Below, one piece after another: positions 35,701 through 46,285 of a DNA stretch of 64,000 bases. This stretch comes from Candidatus Zhuqueibacterota bacterium (GTDB lineage: Bacteria; Zhuqueibacterota; Zhuqueibacteria; Thermofontimicrobiales; Thermofontimicrobiaceae). The stretch spans positions 280,973 to 344,972 of the forward strand of contig JBMOPW010000014.1 in assembly GCA_049322915.1 (NCBI GenBank). Reading direction: 5' to 3'. A program made the translations under genes and the position numbers. The notes under the pieces are model-generated. The model saw nothing but the letters and a program-made list of their open reading frames with translations, was not told where the DNA came from and did no database searches. Every line of letters starts with the position of its first letter. Position 1 is the stretch's first letter.

Positions 35701-38334
35701 ATGCGTAATTTAAAGTCTTTGTCTGTTTTCAGTGTACTTGTTTTCTCTGTGCTCATGTTGCCGCAGTATATCTTTCCTCAGTTCATCACCGCGCCCGGGG
35801 CTTCGGATGAAAAGTATAACAACTATTCTGAGGAAGGGTATAAAAACTATTCCCAGGAATTTTTGACGTTGAAGCGATACGATGACTTCGGAAATTTTCT
35901 GTTGGAAGGGTTGGATATTTTTTCCATGGCCCGCCAGAATCCGGCCAACGCCGATGACCTCATCAAGTATAAATATTACACCAACTGGTTCGAGAACCTG
36001 GTCGTGGCCAAAGACACGTACAAAGGATTCTCCACCAGCTTCATCATCGGCGATGCGATTCGGACCAAGTTCACGTCGCTGACCCTGGAGTTGGCCCGGT
36101 TGAACGGGATCCGCTGGGACGGCAAAACTGAGAAGAACCAGTTCTCGGTGATTTATTCCCGGTTTTCTGATCCGATTTATATGCCGCTGCGCAGCACCAC
36201 GACGGTCGAGCGGGCGTCTGCGCCGCATTTGTGGAACCGCTATCTGTTCGGCGGCCATTGGGAAACCGAGATCGGCGATGTGCTGAAATTCGGCGCGACC
36301 TATGTGAATATTCATCAGACAAAGAGCAAGGAAGGTTCGGAAGACGCATCGATCAAAGGCGAAGTGACCGAATGCCGCCCGGAAGTGCTGTACCTGAAAT
36401 TCACCGATGATTCCCCGGAAGATGGATTCGGGACGAAGCTGTACAGTCGACCGAAAATTTACATTAACGGCCAGTTGGTCAATATGGCGCCGATGAATGA
36501 AACAGCATATCCGCTGGAAGCCAGTGGAACAGGCAGCTTTGAACTGATGATCCCCATTTCCACAGAAATCACCTCGATTCAATCGATGCAAATCGCCCTG
36601 GTAGTTGCTAATGATTATAAAATTTACGGCGCGCACGAGTATTATGAAAGTCAGGTTGACCTGACCATGTCCAGGACCAATTATCAGCTTCTGGCTCAGG
36701 CGAATGGCAATGTGAAGGATGAATCCAATAAAAAATTGGAAGTGATCGACTACAGTCTCACGACCGGCCGATCCATTTACGGCGTTAATTTCAGCGCGAA
36801 TCTGTTCGGATTCCGGATCAACGGCGAGTACAACACCAATGTCCGCCATGCCAAATTCCCGGTGCTCATCGGTGATCGGTTCGAAAAAAAGAGCAATGCC
36901 TATTTTCTGCAGATGAAGCGAAACCTCGGCCCGTTGACATTTGGCGGGGAGTATTTCAAAATCGATCCGGAGTACCTGACTAACCTGTCCACGTTCAGCC
37001 GGGAGCGCGGCACCCTGGAGGTGGAGACCAGCAGCGCCAGCGCTGTGTACGATTCCGGCGGCGTGTACGACATGCTGGTGGATGACAATGACGATAATGA
37101 CCGGTACCCGGACGGGACTCTGGCTTACCGCGGGAGCGCACTGGACCCTGTCTATGAAGAAAATCCCGAGGAAGTGTTCAGCACAACAGATATTCGTCCG
37201 GACGCGGGCATTTTCCCCGGCCTCGATGAAAACAAGGACGGCATTCCGGACGACGATCAGAATAGCAATGGCACGCCGGATTACCATGAACCATTTATGA
37301 TGTTCTACCGCGACCCGCCCCGTTTCGATTATGGAGACGATTGGAATAACAACGACGTGATTGACGTGCGAGAAAATGACCAGTTGCCTGACCATGTCTA
37401 CAATCGCGATCTGAAAGGCTCTCATCTGTTCGTGGGCTATCAGGTCTGGCGCGGATTTCATATTACCGGCGGCTACTTGCGCAACGAGCAGATTGCTGCC
37501 GGTGGCCGCAATCAAATCAAATATGGTAAAATCGATTATGATTTGTTCATGCCGAAGTTGGCGCAAATTAAAGTCTATCATGTCACCAAGGATGTGCAGG
37601 ACGACATTCCCGATCCGACCTATCAATTCGATATCACCGAATTGGGAGTGAATTTCAATAGTCCGAAGTACATGCAGGATGAGCTGAGCATGCGCAACTC
37701 CATGGTTTATACCACATTTCTCGGCACGAAATATCTTCAGATCCCCAATTTGAATATTGAGAATAATGTGAAATACGTGCTCAACTCTCAGCGGCGGATT
37801 GAGCAATGGTCCAGCGATGAAAATCAGATCGTCCTTGACCAGGACAAGGGGCAGGTGAATTACTGGGGCGTCGTGAATAAAATCGATTACCAGTTCAAAC
37901 TGTCAGAGAAACTCCTGTTGATTCCCCAGTTCAAACATCGCTGGGAGATTAAATATAAAGACTACGAACCGGCCATGCACGACACTCTGTACCACAATCA
38001 ATGGTACATGCCGATCATTCGGCTGGATTATTTTTTCACGCCCAAGACCGTCATTCGCATGGGCTTTCAGGGGTTCTCGTTCAAGGCGATCAATGAAAAT
38101 CTCAACGATGGTGACATATTTGTCTATCGTTACCGGGATAAGCTCAATCCGGTCAACAGCACCAATGACCAGATTTTCATGATCATGGCCACGAATGCAT
38201 CGGATTACAACGGGTATAAACTGAAATTCAATATCGGACTCCAAAATATAAAGCGCACCTATATCAGCGAACAGGCTGCGTACAAGAATAAAAGCTATTT
38301 CAGATTTTTTGTGCGAGTTCTGGCAGGGTGGTAA
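35701..38334 (+). CDS. Putative large outer-membrane protein with Asp-rich Ca-binding-like loops
   Basis: Signal peptide; amphipathic strands; terminal FFVRVLAGW; DDNDDNDRYPD and DENKDGIPDDDQNSNGTPD. Confidence 0.55.
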   Translation: MRNLKSLSVFSVLVFSVLMLPQYIFPQFITAPGASDEKYNNYSEEGYKNYSQEFLTLKRYDDFGNFLLEGLDIFSMARQNPANADDLIKYKYYTNWFENLVVAKDTYKGFSTSFIIGDAIRTKFTSLTLELARLNGIRWDGKTEKNQFSVIYSRFSDPIYMPLRSTTTVERASAPHLWNRYLFGGHWETEIGDVLKFGATYVNIHQTKSKEGSEDASIKGEVTECRPEVLYLKFTDDSPEDGFGTKLYSRPKIYINGQLVNMAPMNETAYPLEASGTGSFELMIPISTEITSIQSMQIALVVANDYKIYGAHEYYESQVDLTMSRTNYQLLAQANGNVKDESNKKLEVIDYSLTTGRSIYGVNFSANLFGFRINGEYNTNVRHAKFPVLIGDRFEKKSNAYFLQMKRNLGPLTFGGEYFKIDPEYLTNLSTFSRERGTLEVETSSASAVYDSGGVYDMLVDDNDDNDRYPDGTLAYRGSALDPVYEENPEEVFSTTDIRPDAGIFPGLDENKDGIPDDDQNSNGTPDYHEPFMMFYRDPPRFDYGDDWNNNDVIDVRENDQLPDHVYNRDLKGSHLFVGYQVWRGFHITGGYLRNEQIAAGGRNQIKYGKIDYDLFMPKLAQIKVYHVTKDVQDDIPDPTYQFDITELGVNFNSPKYMQDELSMRNSMVYTTFLGTKYLQIPNLNIENNVKYVLNSQRRIEQWSSDENQIVLDQDKGQVNYWGVVNKIDYQFKLSEKLLLIPQFKHRWEIKYKDYEPAMHDTLYHNQWYMPIIRLDYFFTPKTVIRMGFQGFSFKAINENLNDGDIFVYRYRDKLNPVNSTNDQIFMIMATNASDYNGYKLKFNIGLQNIKRTYISEQAAYKNKSYFRFFVRVLAGW

Positions 38335-38379
38335 TCAACGGCTGAAAATTAGCGGTGCATAAAATTTTTGGATGAAACT

Positions 38380-41300
38380 ATGTTTGAAAAGCTACTCATT
38401 CTCCTGGTCGCCGGCGCGGCAACGCTGAGTCACCTGATCCCTTCTCCGACCCAGATGATCAATATGTTCGAGAAGGGGCAGAAGTTATTCGTGATTGAGG
38501 ATTACGCTCAGGCAATTACCAGGTACGAGAAAATTCTGGCTATCGACAGCCCGTTTTTGAAAGAGAAAGAGGTCACCACGACACTCGCCGATATGGTCAT
38601 TAGCCTACCCGTGGCGGCGAGATACCAGATGGCGAATTGTTATAAAAATCTGGGCGACTTCGAGCGGGCGATTGAGCATTTTAAAATCGTTGTTCAAACG
38701 GCTGAGATTGAACGGTTGCAGGCGATGGCGCAGAGTCAGATCGTACTGACCCGTTACAATCAGAAAGAGTACCAGGCCACGATTGAGGAAGCGCGCTTTC
38801 TGCTCGATCATTTTGGGAACAGCGAATACGCCGAACGGGCGTTGTACAATATTGGCTGGTCGAATTATGAATCCGGCCAGTATGCCGAGAGCATTGCGGC
38901 GTTCGAAGAAGGCATCCGTCGATTCCCCCAGGGTGAATATGCTGTCCGATCGCAGTATCAAATCGGTGAAAGCTATTTTGAATTGAAACAATTTCAAAGC
39001 GCCGTCGACGCCTACAATAAGCTCATTGAAAATTATATCCCGAAGTCATTCAGCGAGCGGCAGTGGAGCGAGATGGAATTATCCCGATTGAAGCGGCGCA
39101 CCCAGGTTGAATCCGGCATCGGCAAGAGTCGCGAAGAGCATCATATCATTGAACTCTCGGCCAAAGCTGTGATCCGGATTGGCGATGCGTACGACCAGAT
39201 GCAGAGCGCGGACAAATCCATTGAAGCCTATTTGCGCGTGCCCCAGGATTATTTGCCCATGACCGATCTGGTGGAAACGGCCTATATTAAAGCGGCGGAC
39301 GTCGCGCTTCGTTACAAAGGATTGGCGGACGCGGTGCAGGTGTACAAAAACGCCATCGACGCCAGCACGGATCGCGTGTTTCAGGGTAAGATGAAATACC
39401 AAATTGCCAAAGTTCATTTTCAGCACAAAGATTATGCCCAGGCTGCGGCAGAATATAAAAGTTATATAAAAGCGTATCGCGATGTCAGCCAGCAGGTTGA
39501 ATTCACGGTGGACGCGGCTTATTACCAGATTGGGATGGCCTTCTATGAAAATTTTTCGTACGATTCTTCCCTGGTTTTTTATCAGGTTGTGATCGATTCC
39601 TTTCCCAACAGCCACATGCGGCCCAATGCCTATTACGGAAAAGGATTGGTCCTGCAACGCGCCGGCCAGTTCGATGCCGCCATCGCAGCGATGAACGAAT
39701 TGATAACGGCCTATCCGGAGAATCAACAGACGCCGTTAGCTTATCTTCAGATTGCCCGCATTCATTTTGATCGCAAAGATTACGCCCAGGCCATCAGCGC
39801 CTTTTTGTCTCTGCTTCAAAATGCCAAAGACGGCGATGTCATTGATAAAAATTCCATTCACTTTGAATTGGGCCAGTGTTACCGGGACAGCAAGCAACCG
39901 GATCAGGCTATCGCGGCGTTCAACAATGTCGAGAAAGGATCGGACTATTTCGCTGTGGCCAATTCCGAAATCAGCGAGCTATACTTGCAGCAGGGAAATT
40001 TCGAACAAGCGGAACAGGTGCTGCGACAGGTGCTGGATGCGACGACGGAGCCGGGGAAACAAGCTGAAGTTCATTACTATTTGGCGCGGCTCTACGTGAG
40101 CGCGGAGCAATTTGAAAAAGCAATCCCCGAATTTGATCTGGCGATTCAGGGCCTTCAGAAACCGGAAATTTTGCAAAGCGCGCTGTTCGGTCGGGGCGCT
40201 ATTCAGATGCAGACCGTTCAGTACACGTCCGCCATTGCGGATTTTGAGCGGCTACTCGCCATGCCTTTGGTGCTGCCAGAATTGAAATCCAAGGCCATGC
40301 GGCGATTGGTCACCTGCTATCTCAAATCCGGCGATCCACAAAAATCCCTGGAATCCGCCCATTCGTTTGTCGATAATGCCAAATCGAAATCGGATCGCAC
40401 CGATGGGCTTCTGGCGTTGGCGCAGGCGCATTTCGAACTGGCGCAATATGAGGATGGGATTCGCGTCGCTGATGAGATCATCGCCACAGCCGAGGACGAG
40501 GAACATTTGGTACAGGCCTATTTCCTTAAAGGGAATTGCTATTTAAATCTGAAGCAGTTCAGCCAGGGTACGGATGCCTATCAGACTGCCCTGAATAAAT
40601 TTCCGAATTCTGCGTTCATTCCGGAGGTGGCATTTCAATTAGGTGTTGCATACTACAATTCAGAGGATTTTGAGAAAGCAGCGGCGACTTTCTCAGGGGT
40701 GACGCAACGTGTTTCATCCGGAGAAAATCGGCTGTTTGCCCTGTACTATCGCGGTTTCTGTTTAATGAGATTGGGACAATGGAGTGATGCCCGATCAGCT
40801 TTCGGGACGATTGTCGCGGAATTTCCCCGGCGCAATGAAGCAGCCGAATCGGCCTACCAGATCGCTGAAAGTTATTTCAATGAACGGAATTATGAACAGG
40901 CCATTGAAGCTTATAACGACGTGAAGAGGAAATTCCCTGAATCCCGATATGCAGCGCTGTCCATGTATAATTCAGGCTGGGGTTATATTCAAAACAACCA
41001 GCAGGATCAGGGCATCGAAGTCTTCAAACAGTTAATAACCGCCTATCCGGACAGCGCCTATGCCATTGATGCGCTGTTCACAATCGGCGATTGGCATTAC
41101 AATAACAAACGCTACGACGACGCGACCAAAACGTACCAGCAATTGATCGAAAGATACCCGGATTCTGAACTGGCGGAGAAGGCCAGAGGCCATGTCGATG
41201 AACTCGCGCAGATTCATTCCTATAATGAATATGAAAAAGCCAGCATCCTGTTTGATGAGAAGAAGTACCCCGAGGCCATCGTTGCATTCGAGTCAGTGAT

Positions 41301-41496
41301 AGCGAAATTCCCGGAAGCCGATGTCGCAGTGGGCGCGAGGGTGAACATCGCCGCGTCGCACGAAATGTTGAAAGAATGGAAGAAAGCACTTCAGATGTAC
41401 GAGTACATCATTCAGACTTACAAGGATGATCCGGCGCACCATGATGCCTATGCCTTTGCCAAAGAGCATTACGATTGGATCATGGAAAACCGTTAA
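38380..41496 (+). CDS. Giant exported TPR protein (CpoB/BamD-like repeats)
   Basis: Repeats of AxYxIGxxYF...FPxSxxA over ~1000 aa; hydrophobic N-terminus. Confidence 0.9.
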   Translation: MFEKLLILLVAGAATLSHLIPSPTQMINMFEKGQKLFVIEDYAQAITRYEKILAIDSPFLKEKEVTTTLADMVISLPVAARYQMANCYKNLGDFERAIEHFKIVVQTAEIERLQAMAQSQIVLTRYNQKEYQATIEEARFLLDHFGNSEYAERALYNIGWSNYESGQYAESIAAFEEGIRRFPQGEYAVRSQYQIGESYFELKQFQSAVDAYNKLIENYIPKSFSERQWSEMELSRLKRRTQVESGIGKSREEHHIIELSAKAVIRIGDAYDQMQSADKSIEAYLRVPQDYLPMTDLVETAYIKAADVALRYKGLADAVQVYKNAIDASTDRVFQGKMKYQIAKVHFQHKDYAQAAAEYKSYIKAYRDVSQQVEFTVDAAYYQIGMAFYENFSYDSSLVFYQVVIDSFPNSHMRPNAYYGKGLVLQRAGQFDAAIAAMNELITAYPENQQTPLAYLQIARIHFDRKDYAQAISAFLSLLQNAKDGDVIDKNSIHFELGQCYRDSKQPDQAIAAFNNVEKGSDYFAVANSEISELYLQQGNFEQAEQVLRQVLDATTEPGKQAEVHYYLARLYVSAEQFEKAIPEFDLAIQGLQKPEILQSALFGRGAIQMQTVQYTSAIADFERLLAMPLVLPELKSKAMRRLVTCYLKSGDPQKSLESAHSFVDNAKSKSDRTDGLLALAQAHFELAQYEDGIRVADEIIATAEDEEHLVQAYFLKGNCYLNLKQFSQGTDAYQTALNKFPNSAFIPEVAFQLGVAYYNSEDFEKAAATFSGVTQRVSSGENRLFALYYRGFCLMRLGQWSDARSAFGTIVAEFPRRNEAAESAYQIAESYFNERNYEQAIEAYNDVKRKFPESRYAALSMYNSGWGYIQNNQQDQGIEVFKQLITAYPDSAYAIDALFTIGDWHYNNKRYDDATKTYQQLIERYPDSELAEKARGHVDELAQIHSYNEYEKASILFDEKKYPEAIVAFESVIAKFPEADVAVGARVNIAASHEMLKEWKKALQMYEYIIQTYKDDPAHHDAYAFAKEHYDWIMENR

Positions 41497-41615
41497 CTCC
41501 GGGTGAAGAAATTGATCGGCTCGCTGGCCGTCGTCAGCAAATCAGGAAAGACTTCTGTTAGAAATGAATATGACCATCCCTGCATGATTTCAGATAAAAA
41601 ATTTAAGGAGGCTTC

Positions 41616-42413
41616 ATGATTGATTATATTGTAAGAGGCGGTTTGTATATAATGCTGCCGCTGATATTCCTGTCTGTTGTTTCTTTCGCGCTCATTCTGG
41701 AACGTCTCTGGCGATTCTTCCGGATTCCTCTGGGTGATAAAGCAGATAAAATTCTAAACAATGCCACAGAGTCTTTAGCGACCGGCGATGTCGAAAAGAC
41801 AGTTGAGTATTGCAAAAATAACAGGAATATTTTGACCTATGTATATCTGAAAATATTGGAGCGGTTCGAGTTTCTTGTCCGGGAGAAACGATCCATCAAC
41901 GAGATGCGGACCGAATTGGGAATCGCTGCGGAGGAGAATTCACGCAATTATCTGGAGGAGTTCATTTCGATCATTTACACAGCCAGCACTGTGGCGCCAT
42001 TGTTGGGTCTGTTGGGCACGATTACCGGTATGATCAAATCGTTCGAAGCCATCTCGCGGTCAGGTGTCGGGGACCCCACCGTTGTCTCCGACGGTATCGC
42101 CGAAGCGCTCATTACAACGGCTGCCGGACTCATCATCGCAATCCCGTCGGTGTTGGCGTATAACATCCTCAGGCGAGTCATTGAACGACGACTCATTCAA
42201 ATCGAACCGTTTCTGACGCTTTTCATCAATGCCTTGCTCCGGGATTTAGCCCGATTCAGAACCTATAAAGAAATGTTGCTGACAGCCTACCGCGATGGCG
42301 TGTTGAACAAGGATGAAGAAGCGTTCCTGAAAGAGAAACGCATCGAGTTGAACATCTCGGAGAAAGAAGGGCAAAAGCTGGAACAGGAAGTGAAATCAGC
42401 GATAAAATTATAA
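41616..42413 (+). CDS. exbB: MotA/TolQ/ExbB proton-channel protein with C-terminal extension
   Basis: APLLGLLGTITGMI and GIAEALITTAAGL motifs. Confidence 0.92.
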   Translation: MIDYIVRGGLYIMLPLIFLSVVSFALILERLWRFFRIPLGDKADKILNNATESLATGDVEKTVEYCKNNRNILTYVYLKILERFEFLVREKRSINEMRTELGIAAEENSRNYLEEFISIIYTASTVAPLLGLLGTITGMIKSFEAISRSGVGDPTVVSDGIAEALITTAAGLIIAIPSVLAYNILRRVIERRLIQIEPFLTLFINALLRDLARFRTYKEMLLTAYRDGVLNKDEEAFLKEKRIELNISEKEGQKLEQEVKSAIKL

Positions 42414-42439
42414 AATGGTATTTTGGAGAATCACTATCC

Positions 42440-42844
42440 ATGAGAACAAAAAGTAGATTGGAAGATAAAGGGCTGGATATCACTCCGCTCATTGACTGCG
42501 TGTTTTTGCTGAATATCTTTTTCATGTTGACTTCGGTTTTCTCGGCGCCGCATAGCCTGAAAGTGGATTTGCCCAAAGCAGCGGAATCCGACCTGCCGCC
42601 GGAGAAGGATCTGAACATCATTATTTCCAAGACCGGCGAACTGGATTTGAACGGCGAGCTCATCCTTCCGAAAGATTTGGAGCAACGCCTGCGCGAGGCC
42701 AAAGAGACGTACCGCAGCAAAGTGCTGATCATCAAAGCGGACAAGGAATGCATGCACGGGATGGTGGTGGATGTCATGGATGCTGCGAAAGGCGTGGGGA
42801 TCGATGAATTAGCGATCGCCACGGACAGGGAAGAGGAGAAATGA
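42440..42844 (+). CDS. exbD: ExbD/TolR family protein
   Basis: DITPLIDCVFLLNIFFML, VDLPKA, IKADK...VVDVMD. Confidence 0.93.
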   Translation: MRTKSRLEDKGLDITPLIDCVFLLNIFFMLTSVFSAPHSLKVDLPKAAESDLPPEKDLNIIISKTGELDLNGELILPKDLEQRLREAKETYRSKVLIIKADKECMHGMVVDVMDAAKGVGIDELAIATDREEEK

Positions 42845-43120
42845 CATGACATAATCGAGGTACAGAAGCGAGATACGATTCAAGGGGGCATGCAGCACGC
42901 CACGCGAAAATGGCGATGTGCATTCGAGTCCCGGGTAGTACTGCTGTAGCTGTCGCTAATGAATCTCAACGCGAAATGAAGGAGGTTTTTCAGAGAGTAC
43001 GAAAAGGATGGTGACTCCGCGATCCGTTCAGCCGGCGCGTTAGCGGGAATCGTCGTTCGTGTGCAGCTCACCAGATTGCCTTTGATAAAAATAGATTGAT
43101 GACATGTGTTCATTTGAAAA

Positions 43121-44353
43121 ATGGAAATAGCCCAATTCGAATATAAAATAGCCAGGTCGGCCCTCGTCGTGACGTTCGTAATCTCCGTGGCGTTACACAG
43201 CGGTATGTTATTCATCAATTACAAGATGCCACAAAAGGAGGTTGAAGTCAAACGCAAGCCACTCAGCGTGAAATTCATCCAGCAGGCGCCCCGGCTGATG
43301 AAGACGCTTGAGTTGGTAAAACGTCCCACGACGGTGCAGCGAACACTGACAAAGCGCTTCAGCCGAACCGCCACGACATCGATGCGATCGGTGCGCACTG
43401 CCGCAATCCACGGCGGGACGGTATTGGCTTCATTAGCGCCGCCAACGGCAGAAGTGGAGCGTCGATTCACGCCGCAACGGCTGGATCTGGGGCCGGAGAT
43501 AATTGCCGCTGAAGTGACCAATGTGAAAGAATCCGCTGTGAAAGAATTGCGCGATGATTTGCTCACCGCTGCGGCCATGGATTATGGCCGATTCTCATCG
43601 TTCGCTGTTCAAAATCCGGACGATAAGCAGGATGTGGAAGGCTTCATTTACGTGGCACTGGTGAAGTACCGCACCGATCGGGTCGATTCGGGGAATGAGC
43701 CGGATTGGAATACATCGGCCAAGGCATTGCCGAATATAGCCGCTTATTTGAATGATCACACCGGCGTGAATGCCAAATTTGCCGGCGTGGTGACGCTGGA
43801 TTCGGATGAGTTAAGACAGAAGAAATTGCCCTTTTTGTTCATGACCGGGCATTATTCATTTGACTTCACTCCCATTGAGGCTGAGAATCTGGGACATTAT
43901 CTGCGCGAGGGCGGATTTCTGCTCATCGATGACTCGTTCTATTTTAAAGGCGGCCCATTCGATATTTCTGCCCGAAGCCTGGTGACAGCGGCGCTGGGAG
44001 ATCAGACTGTTTTTGAACGTGTCCCAAATGACCATCGGATGTATCACTGTTTCTTTGATTTTAACGGTCCCCCGGTCGGCGATGATGTTGTGAACAACTG
44101 GACCAGCCGGCTCAACGGCGCCCAGACGACCTACGATTATCTGGATGCGGTTTTTTACGAAGGCAGAATGGTTGTTCTTATTTCCAATAAAAGCTACAAC
44201 AACGCATGGAACGCGGATCCGCACTGGCGGCCCGGTACGCCAAATTCATTGAGCGCGACAAATATACGCCAATTGCAATTTGCGGTGAATATTGTCGTCT
44301 TTGTACTGCTTCAACCAGGCGGCTACACTCAGCAAAATGCGCGATATAAATAA
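43121..44353 (+). CDS. DUF4159-domain protein with N-terminal TM anchor
   Basis: PFLFMTGH...ENLGHYLREGGFLLIDD...HRMYHCFFDF...NIVVFVL; TM helix carries SVALH. Confidence 0.8.
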   Translation: MEIAQFEYKIARSALVVTFVISVALHSGMLFINYKMPQKEVEVKRKPLSVKFIQQAPRLMKTLELVKRPTTVQRTLTKRFSRTATTSMRSVRTAAIHGGTVLASLAPPTAEVERRFTPQRLDLGPEIIAAEVTNVKESAVKELRDDLLTAAAMDYGRFSSFAVQNPDDKQDVEGFIYVALVKYRTDRVDSGNEPDWNTSAKALPNIAAYLNDHTGVNAKFAGVVTLDSDELRQKKLPFLFMTGHYSFDFTPIEAENLGHYLREGGFLLIDDSFYFKGGPFDISARSLVTAALGDQTVFERVPNDHRMYHCFFDFNGPPVGDDVVNNWTSRLNGAQTTYDYLDAVFYEGRMVVLISNKSYNNAWNADPHWRPGTPNSLSATNIRQLQFAVNIVVFVLLQPGGYTQQNARYK

Positions 44354-44376
44354 TTTTCATATAAGGCGGCAGCATT

Positions 44377-45615
44377 GTGATTAGCGAAAGAGTCGACATA
44401 CGAAAGTTCGAAATGCGCATCTGGCCTATGGTCAGAAATGGAATAATTATTTCCTTCCTGGCGTCGATAACGTTTCACCTCATTCCTGTTTTCACTTCCA
44501 TAAAATATGAAACGCGGGAAGTCGAAGTGAAACGAAAGCCACTCAGCGTCAAGTTCGTCCAGCGCGCGCCGCGCCTGGTGAAACCGCTGGAATTGACCAA
44601 ACGCCCTGTTTTGGTGCAGCGGACATTGAGTCGAAATATTTCCAGCATGCGCAGTATAACGCCGCGTTCGATGAAAACCGCATCGATCCACGGAGGCACG
44701 GTGCTGGCTTCGCTGGCCTCTCCTGAAATGACCGTTGATCGCGCCATGGCGATGAATAGCCAGCCTGTTGAGCTGGGACCGGAGCTCATCGCCGGCGAGG
44801 TGGCTGTCGGCAAAGAATCGAGCATGAAAAGCCTGAGCGACGATCTGATGAATGTGCGTCATCTGGATACCGGTCGATTCAAGGCCATGGTCGTGCAGGA
44901 TCCCAACGACAAAACAAAAATTTCCGGCTTTTTCCACATGGATTTGCTGCGCGTGAACAGCCACATGGTTCGCGATTGGGATGGGAACCCCGGCTGGAAC
45001 TCCGAGCCGACCGCGTTGCCGAATGTGAAAAATATGGTCGAGAAAGTCACTGATATCAAAATGAATCTGGCCGAGTTCATCCGAATGGATTCTGAAAAAT
45101 TGATGGACTCGCCTATGGTCGTCCTGACTGGTGAAACCGTGTTCGATTACAGCGCGGCCGATGCAGCCAATTTGGGGCAATACCTGAAAAATGGTGGATT
45201 CCTGTTTTTCGATGACTCCGGCATCCCAATGATCGGCAGCCCCATTGACAGGACAGCGCGGCAGCTCATGGTGGATGCGCTGGGACCGGATATCGTGTTT
45301 GAGAAGCTCCCCAACGATCACCGGCTCTATCATTGTTTCTTCGATTTCAACGGGCCGCCGATTGGCTTCGACTATCGTTTTTCCAAGGAATTGCATGAAC
45401 CGTACAACTTTCTGGAAGGCGTGTACATCGATGGACGGCTGGCCATTTTGATTTCCAATAAAGCCTATTGCAAATTCTGGGATCATGCTTACATCGGGGA
45501 AAAATCCCATGGTATGGGTGATCCCACACGACAACTTCAGTTTGGCGTCAATATTGTGGTGTTCGCCCTCACTCAGCCGGGCGGCATTGTGCAGCGGCAG
45601 ATGAATTACAAGTAA
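44377..45615 (+). CDS. DUF4159-domain protein, tandem paralog
   Basis: NLGQYLKNGGFLFFDD...HRLYHCFFDF...GVNIVVFALT; TM helix carries SITFH. Confidence 0.8.
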   Translation: MISERVDIRKFEMRIWPMVRNGIIISFLASITFHLIPVFTSIKYETREVEVKRKPLSVKFVQRAPRLVKPLELTKRPVLVQRTLSRNISSMRSITPRSMKTASIHGGTVLASLASPEMTVDRAMAMNSQPVELGPELIAGEVAVGKESSMKSLSDDLMNVRHLDTGRFKAMVVQDPNDKTKISGFFHMDLLRVNSHMVRDWDGNPGWNSEPTALPNVKNMVEKVTDIKMNLAEFIRMDSEKLMDSPMVVLTGETVFDYSAADAANLGQYLKNGGFLFFDDSGIPMIGSPIDRTARQLMVDALGPDIVFEKLPNDHRLYHCFFDFNGPPIGFDYRFSKELHEPYNFLEGVYIDGRLAILISNKAYCKFWDHAYIGEKSHGMGDPTRQLQFGVNIVVFALTQPGGIVQRQMNYK

Positions 45616-45860
45616 ATGGCATGCAGCGCATGTTTAACTGACGCTGTGAGCGATTGCTTTGATCTAAAATCTTTAACCTGAATTATTCATGAATTCTACA
45701 ATAGCCCAACTTAACATTATGTTTTCATAATGTGTGAATGTATATGCAAAATCAAACTCAGTTTTATATTCGAATTTTAAATTTATGCACCATTCAGGTT
45801 ATCCCGCTTCCTTTAAAAATACAATGAATAATGCGGGTTAAAAAAGCAGAGTTTACTCGA

Positions 45861-46235
45861 ATGAAAAAATCGATTCTGTCCGTGGTCCTGGCTACAGTAT
45901 GGATAAGCGTTTCGGAATTTGCTCGGAATGAGTTCATGCTTAAATCGTATTGGACCGATCATTACAAAAATCTCGGTCTGGTATTACCATCGGAGCCAGT
46001 TAATGGCGCCCTTTGGGGCGTGTGGTCGCTCTTTTTCGCTGTGGCTATTTTTATCCTCTCACGGAAATTTTCATTGGGTCAAGCTGTTGTACTTTCCTGG
46101 TTTGTCGGGTTTATATTCATGTGGATCGTCATCGGCAATCTCGGCGTTTTACCATACGGCATACTCCCATTCGCCATTCCATTGAGTATATTGGAAACAG
46201 TCATTGCAGCTTACATCATCAGGAAGTTTTCGTAA
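45861..46235 (+). CDS. Small integral membrane protein (~4 TM)
   Basis: Four hydrophobic segments; likely start MKKSIL. Confidence 0.7.
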   Translation: MKKSILSVVLATVWISVSEFARNEFMLKSYWTDHYKNLGLVLPSEPVNGALWGVWSLFFAVAIFILSRKFSLGQAVVLSWFVGFIFMWIVIGNLGVLPYGILPFAIPLSILETVIAAYIIRKFS

Positions 46236-46285
46236 GCCGGGCGAGAGAAATATGCCCGGCGAGGTGTTAAGCATCTTGCTGTTAA

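Noticed and set aside
35710..37806. 698-aa ORF on the minus strand
   Set aside because: It lies wholly antisense to a credible gene and has no recognisable motifs; it is best explained as a codon-bias shadow. The same applies to 44329-45534, 27376-28236 and 18764-19759.
41616..42844. Tol-Pal or flagellar MotAB locus
   Set aside because: No tolA, tolB or pal is adjacent, and the ExbD-like protein has no OmpA-type peptidoglycan-binding domain.
42845..43120. Second exbD pseudogene or small RNA in the gap
   Set aside because: No ExbD motif or convincing structure was found, and the minus-strand 112-aa ORF looks spurious.
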